Assembly: GCA_964016885.1 (NCBI GenBank) | Contig: OZ024756.1 | Coordinates: 26,474,001-26,538,000 of the forward strand | DNA from: Eledone cirrhosa | Lineage: Eukaryota | Direction: 5' to 3' | Length of the DNA stretch: 64,000 nt | Shown: positions 29,620-42,371 of the stretch, one piece after another | How positions within the stretch are numbered: the first letter of the stretch is position 1 | Layout: each line of letters starts with the position of its first letter | Notes under the pieces: generated by a model | The model's input: only the letters and a program-made list of their open reading frames with translations | What the model was told of the DNA's origin: nothing | Databases searched by the model: none | Program-made: the position numbers and the translations under genes

Positions 29620-30843
29620 GTATTTCAACTATTTGTTAAACTTTTTAATTTATATAGCTACTAAATGAAAATGAAATGTCTAGCTCACACTTTGGCAGGT
29701 TTAGCTTTCCTCATGAGATACAATCTTGTAGGAGGTTTCTCAGATGTTTTAATAATGGTAGCCTCCAGTCCTATCATGAAAAGCAGCATAGAATGAAGCA
29801 TCTTGCTCAAGAGTACAATGAATCACCTGGTCAAGGAATTGAACCCACAACCTTATAATTGTAATTTTAACACCCTAACCACTAGGCCACGCTCATCCAC
29901 TTAGCTACTGTTTTACGTATTACCATCATCATCATTATCAATATTTTTACACATGACTTTTCCATGCTGGCACGGGTTTCACAGGATATTTTGAGACAAT
30001 GTACTGTAGTCAGATACCCTTTCTGACACCATCCGTTTTAGTCACTTCTTACAACTTACATGGATACAGATATAGTGTATCTATTCTAAACCAGATACAT
30101 ATGGTTGCATATTTACCTGCCTACCTGTTGGGGGGCTTCCAGGTTTATAGGTTGACATCTAAACATTCTAGCAAATGCACCAAGGTACTGATGTTTTGTA
30201 AATTTTGTAAACAAACTGTTCTTGCTGAAATCTTATTTTCATATAATGCAAATGAATGAAACAGTTCTAATCCTGTAGAAATAATTTCTATACAATCGAA
30301 ATATGTATAATCTCTACTAATGTATTGAGTATCATATTTAACTCTGGCTTCTTTCCATTTCTCTTTGGAAAACTATTCTTAATTATATAAATCATTATGG
30401 AAAAGAAAAAGGAAATGGCTGCCTCCTTAAGTCATGAGTGGCCATGGGTTCTGTACCTATGACTGACTAACCATAGGTTTATCTTGCTGTGGCACAAGCT
30501 TGGTCAAGGTCTTTTGTGGAAGATCAGTAGTCATCGATGCTTACATGTCTTTTCTCTATGACACCAAAGTTGTCCAAGGTAAAGGCAAAGGCTGGCACAG
30601 CATGGCGCCAGTGTTGTCACAACTTATTTTTTCCAGCTGAGGTAACTGGAGCAACATGAAATAAAATGTCTTGCTCAAGAAGACCATGTAAAATAAAATA
30701 TCTTGCTCAAGGACACATTATTTCATATCACCTTGTCTGGGAATTGAACTCATGATCTTACGATAATAAGTCCAGCGCCCCAACCACTAAGCTATGCACC
30801 TTCAGATTATTCTGATTATAAACTATATTGTTGTCTCTTTTAG

Positions 30844-30918
30844 ATTCATAGCTGACTATGAAGGACAGTACAGTATCCAGAATGAAATCAGTATTTTGCG
30901 GCAGACATCAGCTATAAT
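30844..30918 (+). CDS. ASCC2: ASCC2 exon 10
   Basis: FIADYEGQYSIQNEISILRQ; followed by GTATCCTT. Confidence 0.88.
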
Positions 30919-31722
30919 GTATCCTTCTTTTTCAATGCCCATACCAGTCATGGATCAACTGCAACCCACGTTAGCCATGAGGTTAACAGTTAGTGATATT
31001 CCCTTCTGCTAAAAACCTCCAGTTAATAAATCAAGTTTACTGTAATCTGGAAAGTCTTCTAATGAATTTTATATTAATCATGTTAACCCTTTAGCATTTA
31101 CATTACTTTATATATACTATTATATTTTCATGGTAAAGGCTTAAACCTCAGATAATTATCTCACATAATATCAAATCTAAGAGATTTTGATATTATTTAT
31201 TATGAGAATAATACCTTAACATCAGTATGAGCGGCTGGTTGCACCCAGTTTGAACAGAAAGAGGTGAAGCAATTCTGGCCGGATATGGCCTGTTTAAATG
31301 CTAAAGGGTTAATACCAAACCAGCCCTAATTTTACAATATAAAACTGTTTATTATAGAATGTTTATATTTTTCTAAAAACCTTCCATCATAATTTTATAT
31401 AAGTGCCATGAAGGCTACATTCCAAATACCACCTTAATAATTGTTTCTACTTTTGGCACAAGGCCAGTAATTATCTCACTGTATTACTGGGACTTTATTT
31501 TATCGACCCGGTAAGGATGAAAGGCAAAGTTAACCTCGGCAGGATTTGAACTCAGAATGGCAAGGGCGGTAACTCCAAACACCACCTTAATAATGAGAAA
31601 GTTAGTTATGTCACTAAACCTCAACATGTTCTTGATTATTTTGAATATGATTTGAAAATCCTAGGCAGTGTGTTTCATTAAAAATATAGTAACAAAAAGG
31701 TTAAACCTTAACTTCTTTCAAG
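30919..31722 (+). other. U12-type (minor spliceosome) GT-AG intron
   Basis: 5' site GTATCCTT; branch site CCTTAAC at 31706-31712, 10 nt from the end of the AG; restores the I-DETR frame. Confidence 0.88.
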
Positions 31723-31918
31723 AGATGAAACCAGATTATCATTTCTGCAGAATGCATTTGATTCCTCTTTTTCCTTGTTTGGTAAACGGAACCAGCCTAA
31801 AGGATCAAAGAATGCTGGGGGTCGATGTACGCCAGAGGGTTGTGTTGGTAATTCTGAGGACAGACTTCAGGCTATTGATGGCAAGGAGAAAACTACAGAC
31901 ACCAGCAGCAAATATGTG
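31723..31918 (+). CDS. ASCC2: ASCC2 exon 11
   Basis: DETRLSFLQNAF...; donor gtaggt. Confidence 0.85.
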
Positions 31919-31928
31919 GTAGGTATTG

Positions 31929-32960
31929 ATCTAGTTATCTGGCTGTGGTGTGGAGGTTGTGTTGTTATGTCACTGTTAATTGTGACCTAGTTATCTGGCT
32001 GTGGTGTGGAGGTTGTGTTGTTATGTCAGTGTTAATTGTGACCTAGTTATCTGGCTATGGTGTGGAGGTTGTGTTGTTATGTCACTGTTAATTGTGACCT
32101 AGTTATCTGGCTATGGTGTGGAGGTTGTGTTATGTCACTGTTAATTGTGACCTAGTTATCTGGCTGTGGTGTGGAGGTTGTGTTGTTATGTCAGTGTTAA
32201 TTGTGACCTAGTTATCTGGCTGTGGTGTGGAGGTTGTGTTGTTATGTCACTGTTAATTGTGACCTAGTTATCTGGCTGTGGTGTGGAGGTTGTGTTGTTA
32301 TGTCACTGTTAATTGTGACCTAGTTATCTGGCTGTGGTGTGGAGGTTGTGTTGTTATGTCAGTGTTAATTGTGACCTAGTTATCTGGCTGTGGTGTGGAG
32401 GTTGTGTTATGTCACTGTTAATTGTGACCTAGTTATCTGGCTGTGGTGTGGAGGTTGTGTTGTTATGTCAGTGTTAATTGTGACCTAGTTATCTGGCTGT
32501 GGTGTGGAGGTTGTGTTATGTCACTGTTAATTGTGACCTAGTTATCTGGCTGTGGTGTGGAGGTTGTGTTATGTCACTGTTAATTGTGACCTAGTTATCT
32601 GGCTGTGGTGTGGAGGTTGTGGTGTTATGTCACTGTTAATTGTGACCTAGTTATCTGGCTGTGGTGTGGAGGTTGTGTTGTTATGTCAGTGTTAATTGTG
32701 ACCTAGTTATCTGGCTGTGGTGTGGAGGTTGTGGTGTTATGTCACTGTTAATTGTGACCTAGTTATCTGGCTGTGGTGTGGAGGTTGTGTTATGTCAGTG
32801 TTAATTGTGACCTAGTTATCTGGCTGTGGTGTGGAGGTTGTGTTGTTATGTCAGTGTTAATTGTGACCTAGTTATCTGGCTGTGGTGTGGAGGTTGTGTT
32901 GTTGTTGGTAAATAGTGACCTAGTTATCTGGTTGTGGTGTGGAGGTTGTGTTATGTCAGT
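31929..32960. repeat. 56/53-bp minisatellite, about 18 copies
   Basis: Unit gacctagttatctggctgtggtgtggaggttgtgtt(gtt)atgtcaStgttaattgt. Confidence 0.96.
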
Positions 32961-33218
32961 ATTGAAGGTTCAATATTAACAAGGTCACTATTGTGTGTAA
33001 TATACCTCTCATTTATATATGTATGTATGTATGTATTTCTCATTTCTCATTCTATTTTCTGATGAAGGACTAGCATCTGAAATGTTAAAACTCTTTTCCT
33101 ACTATATCAAGATTTAAACTAATATATACCTTCATTGCACAGTATTGTTTGCTTTGTTGTCTTCCATTTACTTTTCATGTGTGTGTGTGTATATATATGT
33201 GTTGTATTTCTGTTGCAG

Positions 33219-33317
33219 CCACCAGAAAAGCTAGGGGCCTGTGCTAATCCAGAACTAGAAAGTTTTATCTCCTCAGTTAAAGAGTTGTTTCCTGATCTCG
33301 ATGATGGTTTCGTTCAT
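33219..33317 (+). CDS. ASCC2: ASCC2 exon 12 (CUE domain start)
   Basis: ELESFISSVKELFPDLDDGFVH. Confidence 0.94.
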
Positions 33318-33860
33318 GTAAGTTCTGTTCATTTCTGCCAATACTACTATCACTACTACTGCTAATACCATCACCATCAACACCACCACCACCACCACAA
33401 TCAACAAAGCCACCATCACTACCACTAACAACACCAGCACCTACAACATTCTTACTTCCAATGCTACCACCACTAACAACACTATCACTATTACTGTTAA
33501 TACCATCACCACCATCAACACCACCACCACCACCGCCACAATCAACAAAGCCACCATCACCAATACCATCACTATTGCCAATACCAGCATCACTATCACT
33601 ACTGCCATCACTACTACCACCAACATCAACACCAAAACCACCAACACCACCAACACCACCAACACCACCAACGATGGTTGCAATGTTGGTGTTTAGCTAC
33701 TGATTGTTTCCACCCAAATCTTACTGATATCTATCTATCTCTCACTCTCACTCCCTCTCATTCTCTCTATTCCTCTCTCTCTCTCTCTCTCTCACATACA
33801 TTCTTCCTCTCTCTCTCTATTCCTCTTTCTCTCATGTTCTTTTCCTTTCTCTCTTTCTAG

Positions 33861-33952
33861 GCATGTCTTGAAACCATGGACTTCAACACTGAGCTGGTGA
33901 TAAACTCACTCCTAGAAGACAACCTTCCGCCTTCGTTAGATCACCTGGACAG
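33861..33952 (+). CDS. ASCC2: ASCC2 exon 13 (CUE domain end)
   Basis: ACLETMDFNTELVINSLLEDNLPPSLDHLDR. Confidence 0.94.
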
Positions 33953-34922
33953 GTGAGCAGAACCTTAATTGATTTTATCGGTCTCTCTCTCTTTCTATAT
34001 ATATATATATATATATATATCATCATTTAATGTTTTATTTTTCCATGCTAGCATGGGTTAGCTGGGTTGTCCACATTATGAGGAGGGCTGGCCAGTTGGC
34101 TATGCCGTACCTTGCTCATAGTAGAGTCATATTTTGGGAACTATATATATATACAAATATAATTTCAGCGAGATCGAATTTCGGCAGAGGTCGAAAACAA
34201 AGCGAAACGCAAAATCTGAGTTGTGCTGGCAAGTGCTCCATGAACTAAAAAAAGACCAGAGCAATAAACATAAGTTATAAAGGCCAAATAAACTGAAATG
34301 GCGATCAAGAAGCCATCAACCACCTAAGCCAAAAAAACGTGGCAAGCCAAACAGGTCAAAACAAAAGAATATTTACCTGGACCCCAGGAAATGATGGTAT
34401 AATCCAGTAATGGGTTTCTGCGACACCTAAATCAATTATACTGCCTACTTCAATAATAAGCTTTTGGTATAATGATCGAACAAGGCTGTCACTTCCTCAG
34501 CAGGTATTTTGTTCTACGCCAGCATGCGGGATAAATGCAATAGTAAGCAGTAGTGAAACACCACGTGCATAACTCTGCAAGGGAGGTAACCCCAGTTATT
34601 GGCAGATGAATTCAGTAAGTGTAATATATATATATATATAAAACAGAGTTTTGTAGCTTGCTTGAGGCATTGTTGAATAGGAAACAAATTTAAGTAATTT
34701 TGAAAACCAAAACATTCAACTTAAATCTACTCTCCAACCAAGCAAGTCAATCCGATCGATTTTTTAAGTCTCTCATAGGGTTACTCCCTTGATAATGGGT
34801 TTATAAACCCAAAATATTTGGGATCGTTAAATTTGCTAAAGTAAGATTCTTTTGTTATGTTGGCGATTTAATGTTCTTCCTAACACATTGTTTTGGTTTT
34901 CAAAATTATTTTTATATATATA

Positions 34923-35255
34923 TGGAGGCACATGGCTTAGTGGTCAGAACATTGGCCTTGCAATCGAAAGGTTGTGAGTTCAATTCTCAGACCGGGTGAT
35001 GTGTTGTTTCCTTGAGCAAGACACTTTATTTCACATTGCTCCAGTTTACTCAGCTGTAGAAATGAGATGATAGGGACTGGGGTCCTTATCATTCCACTGC
35101 AAAGTGGTCGTGGGGGTGCCACGGCAAAAAAGCACCCAGCACTCACTGTAAATGAGATTGGTGTTAGGAAGGGCATCCAGCTGTAGAAATCAAGCCAGAA
35201 TCAGTTCCCTTCCCACCCTTGCAAGCAGGGAAAAGTGGACGTAAAATGAAAATGA
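34923..35255 (+). mobile_element. tRNA-derived SINE with CORE-like middle and RTE-derived 3' end (family S2)
   Basis: A box tggcttagtgg, B box gagttcaattc, ccttgagcaagacactt; tail matches RTE 3' UTR 5970-6215; copies at 38570-38975 (-), 42917-43368 (+), 54808-55115 (-). Confidence 0.88.
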
Positions 35256-35564
35256 AAAAAATATATATATATATTTGAAAAAAGGGGAAGAATGACTTCA
35301 TTGGTGGTTGATGTTCTTTATTCAAATGTTTAAAGATTAATCAATCTTTCCTATCATAAAACAATTGTAAAATATACTAGCATCTTATTACTTTCTCAAC
35401 TTTATCACCAATGTCACTAAGGTCATCTCTATCTGACCATCACTGTCTTCACTCCCCTATCAAAAGTACTCTATTTTGGTTTACAACCTCCCATTTAGAT
35501 GTACGTTCTCACACATTTACCTCTCCCTCCAAAATTTCCATGATTCCCATTTATAATTATACCT

Positions 35565-35990
35565 CTAATCCGCTCATCACACAGATTTTTACAGTTTTTT
35601 CAACAATATAAGATATAAACCATCTTGCCAACAACAACCCTGAGGACCTTTTTGAATTCCATGAGTCTAACACACGTGGGCATGCCTACAAAATCAGAAC
35701 ACAGCATAGCTCCCATGACTTTCGGAAACATTTTTTCACGCTCAGAGTTGCTTTTGTTGTTAGCTGGCGAGACACTGCATCCTTTAAAACCTCCATGCTT
35801 CCTGAAATTCACCAACACTACACCTGGTATCCCCTCTCCATACACACGCACACATGTATATCATGACTCATACACTGTTCACTTTCCTGACATTTGTACA
35901 TTATTCTATTTACTATACATGCACCTTTGATGAGTTGTAGTGCACCTGAGCACTGTACACAATAATTTCATTATTATTATTATTATTATT
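35565..35990 (+). mobile_element. 3' fragment of CR1 LINE with (ATT)n tail
   Basis: NTRGHAYKIRTQHSSHDFRKHFFTLRV. Confidence 0.75.
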
Positions 35991-36774
35991 TAAAAACACT
36001 TATCTCATTAACTTTCTTTTGGTCATGCATCTGCCACAATAAGGTGCCATCACTTAATCAACCTCTCCTATCATAAAAAAATTCCCCATTTGTAAAATAC
36101 ATCAATATTTTATTGTTTTTCAACGTTATCACTTTAATCACCAATGTCACATCGATCATTTCTATTTGACCATCACAACAAAACCCTAATATCATTCTCA
36201 CTCCATCTTCATTTCCCTAATCATGAAAAGAAATGAAAACCTCAGTAAGATTCAAAGCAGAATGTGGAAACCAGGAGCATATATCCATCCTTCTAACACC
36301 TTTGCACCCACTTTAAAACATATGTCTAGTCTAAAGTCTAAAGTCTGTCTCAAGCCAGGAAGTTCATCAGGCCGGTTCTTATCTAAGTGACTGAGAGTAC
36401 AATACTTCCTCCTGGACAGGATGCCAGTCCATTGCAGGGTTAAACTCCCAGCTATTGCTGGTACTCATTTTCAACATGAAATGAAGTGTTTTGCTCAAGA
36501 AAACAACACACAACCCAGTCCAGGAATCGAACCCATAACTTTATGGTCCAACACCCTTACCACTAGGCCATGTACTTCTTCTTTGACCTGTAATTCCTGG
36601 TGGAGTTGTAAGGACACTGTAGTGACATACGGCAGTTTTGGGGTATTTTTAAAAGATGTCCGAACCCATCTGCAAAACCAGGTCTGAACAAAGTCAATTA
36701 CTTGTTGAGAAGGAGAGAGAGTGATAGAGAGGAAGTAGTAATTGCTGTTGTTATTCTTACCCCCTTGTTTGTAG

Positions 36775-36930
36775 GTTCAAACCAAAGGAAAAGGAGCCAT
36801 CACCACCAGCACCACCATCGTCCCCTATACACTCCATATTGGACAGTAGAAGGAATGTCTTTGACTACGATGAGTTTGATGTCTTCCACAGAGACACAGT
36901 GGACACGACAAAGATTCACAAAGGGAAACA
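36775..36930 (+). CDS. ASCC2: ASCC2 exon 14
   Basis: RRNVFDYDEFDVFHRDTVDTTKIHKGK. Confidence 0.95.
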
Positions 36931-36972
36931 GTAAGTACTTGTTTTGGGAAAACTGGTTTAGTTGTATATATA

Positions 36973-37024
<52 letters not shown>

Positions 37025-37234
37025 TAAACGGAATAGAAAATGCTGACAAATTGTTCACAGTTGAAAAATGGTTTAATTAGGAATAAAAGAGTATTAGTGA
37101 TTGTATGGGTTAGTATTCAGTTGTGGTTTTAAGTTTTTAAGTTTTTACCGGTTGCGCATTTTTAAATGCTTTTCAAAAATAATTTTGAGATAGAGTGTCC
37201 GTGCTGTTTGCTCTGATCTGTATATATATATATA

Positions 37235-37814
37235 CAGTATTTACGTATCGAGAGAGAGAAAAAAAGGGGAGGGTAGGTGATACATATAGTTATTTGCCAA
37301 GTAGCGTATGCCAAAGGTGCTCGATACTAGTGCAGGCAGTATTAAATATTCGAAGTTTAATATTTAGTGGGCTAGAGAGTTAGCAGAGCGTAAGCACATG
37401 GAAAAGTAAGAAATCGGAGAATAGACCGTTAAAACATGTTTATTTAAAACAGCACCTACGTACGTTTCGCCCAGTTGGGCTTCTCAAGGTCATAAATAAT
37501 CAAAAGTGTTCCTTACATTGCTCGGAAAGAGTTTTTAGGGTTAAATCCACGTCAAGGTTCATTGCTCGCAAAAATAGCTTGTTTTGATTTTGCAGCAGGT
37601 CAAGGGAGGTTACCTGCAAAATCAAAACAAGCTATTTTTGCGAGCAATGAACCTTGACGTGGATTTAACCCCAAAAACTCTTTCCGAGCAATGTAAGGAA
37701 CACTTTTGATTATTTATGACCTTGAGAAGCCCAACTGGACGAAACGTACGTAGGTGCTGTTTTAAATAAACATGTTTTAACGGTCTATTCTCCGATTTCT
37801 TACTTTCCCACGTG

Positions 37815-37818
<4 letters not shown>
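37235..37818 (-). mobile_element. Fold-back element family E (arms 37391-37595 and 37614-37818, tail on left)
   Basis: 205-bp inverted repeat with a few mismatches. Confidence 0.85.
37454..37490 (-). ncRNA. Minimal hammerhead with U3-A8 core (mirror copy at 37719-37755)
   Basis: ACC UUGAGAA GCCC aacu GGGC GAAA CGUACG UA GGU. Confidence 0.8.
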
Positions 37819-37859
<41 letters not shown>

Positions 37860-38347
37860 TTGTATATATGTGTGTGTATATATATATACATGTGTGTATG
37901 TGTGTATATATATATATGTGTGTGTGTGTATATATGTGTGTATATATATATGTGTGTATATATATATGTGTGTGTGAATATATATATGTGTGTGTGTGAA
38001 TATATATATATATGTGTGTGAATATATATATATATGTGTGTGAATATATATATATATGTATGTGTGTATATATATATATATATGCATGTATATGTGTGTA
38101 TATATATATATTCACATGCATGTATATATGTGTGCGTATATATATATATATATACACACACAATGTGTGTATGTGCAGATGTATATATATGGGATATCGG
38201 GGATATATCGGAGATGGCGAATAAGGAGAGAGGACATATTGGATATTTATTAAGCACAACAGCTAAATGTTAGGGTACAGGCAGATATGTAGATATATAT
38301 ATATGTATATATTTTCTCTTCTTTCCCTTTGGTGTCTCCATTACCAG

Positions 38348-38563
38348 AGATTTAGCTCAACAAGTTGACCTCAATGATAAAACCAACATCCGTGAAATGA
38401 AGGCCACCTATGAATTATATGGCAACGTTGATGCAGCAACACTTTATGACAAACACCTGTTGGAGGCGAACCTTTACGAAGATGAATATGACGATACCTA
38501 TGATGATAACAACACTAGTTTGACTGTTGGAGACACACACACTGATGACCTGCTTGCTCTACG
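38348..38563 (+). CDS. ASCC2: ASCC2 exon 15
   Basis: YEDEYDDTYD signature. Confidence 0.95.
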
Positions 38564-39099
38564 GTGAGTGATCATCATCATCATCATCATCATCGTCATT
38601 TTACGTCCGCTTTTTCCCTGCTTGCAAGGGTGGGACGGGAACTGATTCTGGCTTGATTTCTACAGCTGGATGCCCTTCCTAACACCAACCTCATTTACAG
38701 TGAGTGCTGGGTGCTTTTCTGCCGTGGCACCTCCACGACCACTTTACAGTGAGTGCTGGGTGCTTTTTTTTTTGCCGTGGCACCTCCACGACCACTTTAC
38801 AGTGGAATGATAGGGACCCCAGTTCCTATCATCTCATTTCTACAGCTGAGTAAACTGGAGCAATGTGAAATAAAGTGTCTTGCTCAAGGAAACAACACAT
38901 CACCCGGTCTGAGAATTGAACTCACAACCTTTCGCTTGCAAGCCCAATGCTCTAACCACTAAGCCATGTGACTCCATATATACTAAAATGTAACCATAGC
39001 ATACCATGGTGATGGAGGTGGTGGTGGTTGAGATAGTGATGATATATGTATACAAATATATGCATGTGCATTTGTGCATGTGTGTGTGTGTGTGTATCT

Positions 39100-39545
39100 C
39101 TTCCACGCTAGCATGGGTTAGACAGGTTGTCCTGTTGTGGGCAATGCCAGGTCAGGTGACCGTGTCTCGCTCATACGGAACTGATTCTGGCTTGATTTCT
39201 ACAGCTGCATGCCCTTCCTAACACCGACCTCATTTACAGTGAGTACTGGGTGTTTTTTTACCGTGGTACCTCCACGACCACTTTACAGTGAGTACTGGGT
39301 GCTTTTTTACCGTGGTACCTCCACGACCACTTTACAGTGAGTACTGGGTGCTTTTTTACCGTGGTACCTCCACGACCACTTTACAGTGAGTACTGGGTGC
39401 TTTTTTACCGTGGTGCCTCCACGACCACTTTACAGTGGGAGAGAGGGGGGCGTATTGTCTATATGCTTCAGCTTCGGCTTGTACCCATGGGAAGTCGGAT
39501 CTTCTGTAATACTGCGTAATACCAGAGGTCTCGGTCCTTTGAGAG
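39100..39545 (-). mobile_element. RTE 3' end with the 49-bp UTR unit expanded to 4 or more copies
   Basis: Matches 5870-6200; repeat starts at 39233, 39282, 39331, 39380, 39429. Confidence 0.85.
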
Positions 39546-40015
39546 GTGCAGTTAGGCAAGCTCAGTTTTTATATACGTATGAATGTAAGGTCCCGTAACC
39601 CTTGATAAAGTTGTAGGGGTGCCGTATTGACATACAGCGTTTATTGGGCATTTTAAGGCTGGCGGAGCGCATCTCCCTCTCCAGGCCTGAGTACAGCAGA
39701 TTTCTTCCAGAGAAAGACAGAAAGTGAGAGAGAGGAAATGAGAAAGAGATATAGAGGAAGAATCGACCCCAGTACTAGACTGGTACTTTTTTTTATCAAC
39801 CTGGAAAGTTATGAAAGGCCAAGTTAACCTGGATGGGATTCGAAATCCGAGAGCACAGAGCTGGAATGAATACCCTAAAGCATTCTATCCAACTCTGCCA
39901 ATTTGCCACCTTGTGTATGTGACAAAAATGGTGTGGTAAGAAACCAGGTGGACCATAACACACCAGAGTACTCAATACTTAGGGTAGTAGAGTGGGTAAT
40001 AGGAAAAGAGTCAGG

Positions 40016-40111
40016 ACCCTGACGGCTGAGCTCCGGCCGTTTCGACAGCTAGATCTGAACTAAGCCAACAGTATTAGAACAGTGGGAATCTAGCTGAACT
40101 TATCAAGGGGT
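40016..40111 (-). ncRNA. Type I hammerhead with U3-A8 core and full-length stems II and III (family F)
   Basis: ACCCC UUGAUAA g-uu-CAGCUAGAU..AUCUAGCUG-uc GAAA CGGC..GCCG UC AGGGU; partial copies at 21054-21198 and 63120-63258. Confidence 0.8.
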
Positions 40112-40241
40112 ATAGTCCATATATGGGCATGCAGTCAAAACCCCCCAAAAAACAGAAATATCAAAGCAAAAAATCCTAGAATTATAATTTGTGTCTATAG
40201 TCAGTGAGTCCATGATAAATCTGTTGTCTTTTCTCTTTCAG

Positions 40242-40347
40242 CCCCTTTACTGTACCAAGAGCCCTGGTCAACATTAACCAGGCCAAACGAAACGACATTG
40301 CTGGACATATCCAAGTGGACAATAACTCTTCATCTTCTGACCAAGAA
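40242..40347 (+). CDS. ASCC2: ASCC2 exon 16
   Basis: RPFTVPRAL; donor gtaagt. Confidence 0.92.
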
Positions 40348-40630
40348 GTAAGTTGGAGATCTCTCTTTCACACCAACTCACATATACATATATACATATA
40401 TACATACACATTACACACACACATATACATATACTGACTATACACACACATATATATATATATTACACACACATATACATATACTGACTATATACATACA
40501 CATATATATGTATTACATACACATACATATACTGACTATATACATACACATATATATACATTACACACACACACACACACATACATATACTGACTATACA
40601 CACACACACACACATACATATACTGACTAT

Positions 40631-40661
<31 letters not shown>

Positions 40662-40953
40662 CAAACTACACACATACATATATATACACAAACTTCACAC
40701 ATACATATACAGAATACACACACAAACTCATAGGTATATACAGACTACACATATACACATACTACAAACATCAGATCTGCTAATACAAGCAGTCTGATAT
40801 GTATATGTGTGTGTGTGTGTAGTATGTCTATATGTGTAGTCTGTATATACCTATGAGTTTGTGTGTGTATTCTGTATATGTATGTGTGAAGTTTGTGTAT
40901 ATATATGTATGTGTGTAGTTTGTATATATATATGTGTGTGTGTGTGTTTGTTG

Positions 40954-41012
<59 letters not shown>

Positions 41013-41119
41013 ACGTACATACATATATGTATACAGACGTACAGTAGTATGTATATATATATACATACATGCACACATATATATATGTATGTATGAAATT
41101 TCGTTTCATTTTTTCCGTT

Positions 41120-41150
<31 letters not shown>

Positions 41151-41201
41151 TTAAAAACAACAGAAGGCCGGATTCAAAATATTCTTTTAATGTTGCAGAA
41201 G

Positions 41202-41273
41202 CACAATACGTATTTCAATGGCCTAGTTACATCATCTGATCATGATGTTAGACTTAGGCAATGTCATCAGGTG
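41202..41273 (-). ncRNA. Type I hammerhead (family G)
   Basis: CAC CUGAUGA [GCCUA..ACAUCAU/AUGAUGU..UAGGC] GAAA UACGUA UU GUG. Confidence 0.78.
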
Positions 41274-41613
41274 TGGATTGCAAAATTAGTTAATCTGTAA
41301 TAGGATTATGGCAAACACAAACAGAGAGTAAAGAATAAACTTGATTCGGAGATGACCCACCAATTTAGTGTTATTGTTGTGGCACACCATCTATATATAG
41401 TTAAAAACAGAAGAAAAAGTTCCATTCAAATCAAAGATTATGGGTGAAAAATAAAAGTGGAAATGCACAGAAGTATATTTAAAGAATCTCTTTTTCTTTA
41501 ATATAATCAAACAAATAAGTTTTATCAAATATTTTTTATTGGTTTCAAATGATTGAGACATTCTTTTCAAATAATTATTATATTTGAACAAATGGCTTTC
41601 TCATATTTTGTGA

Positions 41614-41664
<51 letters not shown>

Positions 41665-41667
<3 letters not shown>

Positions 41668-42106
41668 GATATTAAATAAATAAATGGAAACTATATTTAT
41701 AAAACCATATTTATTTCATTATACATATTTCAGGGATATCATATTAAAAACATGGTATGCCTTCATCAGACAAAATACAATATAAACAGTCTTATAAATA
41801 GATAGATTTGACATACCTTACAACTTCAACTTACATTTAAAAATCAACTTTTTAAATGGAAGTTGAAGTTGTAAGGTATGTCAAATCTATCTATTTATAA
41901 GACTGTTTATATTGTATTTTGTCTGATGAAGGCATACCATGTTTTTAATATGATATCCCTGAAATATGTATAATGAAATAAATATGGTTTTATAAATATA
42001 GTTTCCATTTATTTAATATCGTAAATATACTCCAAATACTTGTTGAGTGCTTTTATATCAGTTATAAATATTTACTCGTTGTAACCCAACAATTTAAATA
42101 AAACTT

Positions 42107-42110
<4 letters not shown>
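41665..42110 (+). mobile_element. Fold-back element family H (~175-bp arms, tail 42024-42110) with hammerhead at 41917-41978
   Basis: Inverted repeat centred near 41846; CUGAUGA AGG..CCU GAAA UAUGUA UA. Confidence 0.82.
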
Positions 42111-42174
<64 letters not shown>

Positions 42175-42310
42175 TGTAGAGGTTATATTTAATTTGTTGG
42201 GATTCCAACAAACATAAATGTTTATAACCGATATAGAGTACTCAACAGATTACTGGAGTAAATATTCAATATATTAATAAATGGAAACTATATTTATAAA
42301 ACCATAATTA

Positions 42311-42371
42311 TTTTATTATATATATTTCAAGGGCGACCAAGCCAATCTTGGTGCGCTTTCATCAGATAAAA
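42311..42371 (-). ncRNA. Type I hammerhead in a second family-H-related fold-back element (42178-42505)
   Basis: UUUUAU CUGAUGA AAGCGCACCAAG auugg CUUGGUCGCCCUU GAAA UAUAUA UA AUAAAA. Confidence 0.82.

Noticed and set aside
31929-32960. CRISPR-like regular array (also 28708-29500 and 50015-50628)
   Set aside because: Units are head-to-tail with no unique spacers, there are no cas genes, and the context is eukaryotic.
34923-34995. tRNA gene (also other A/B-box hits)
   Set aside because: No complete cloverleaf; it continues into SINE body and tail.
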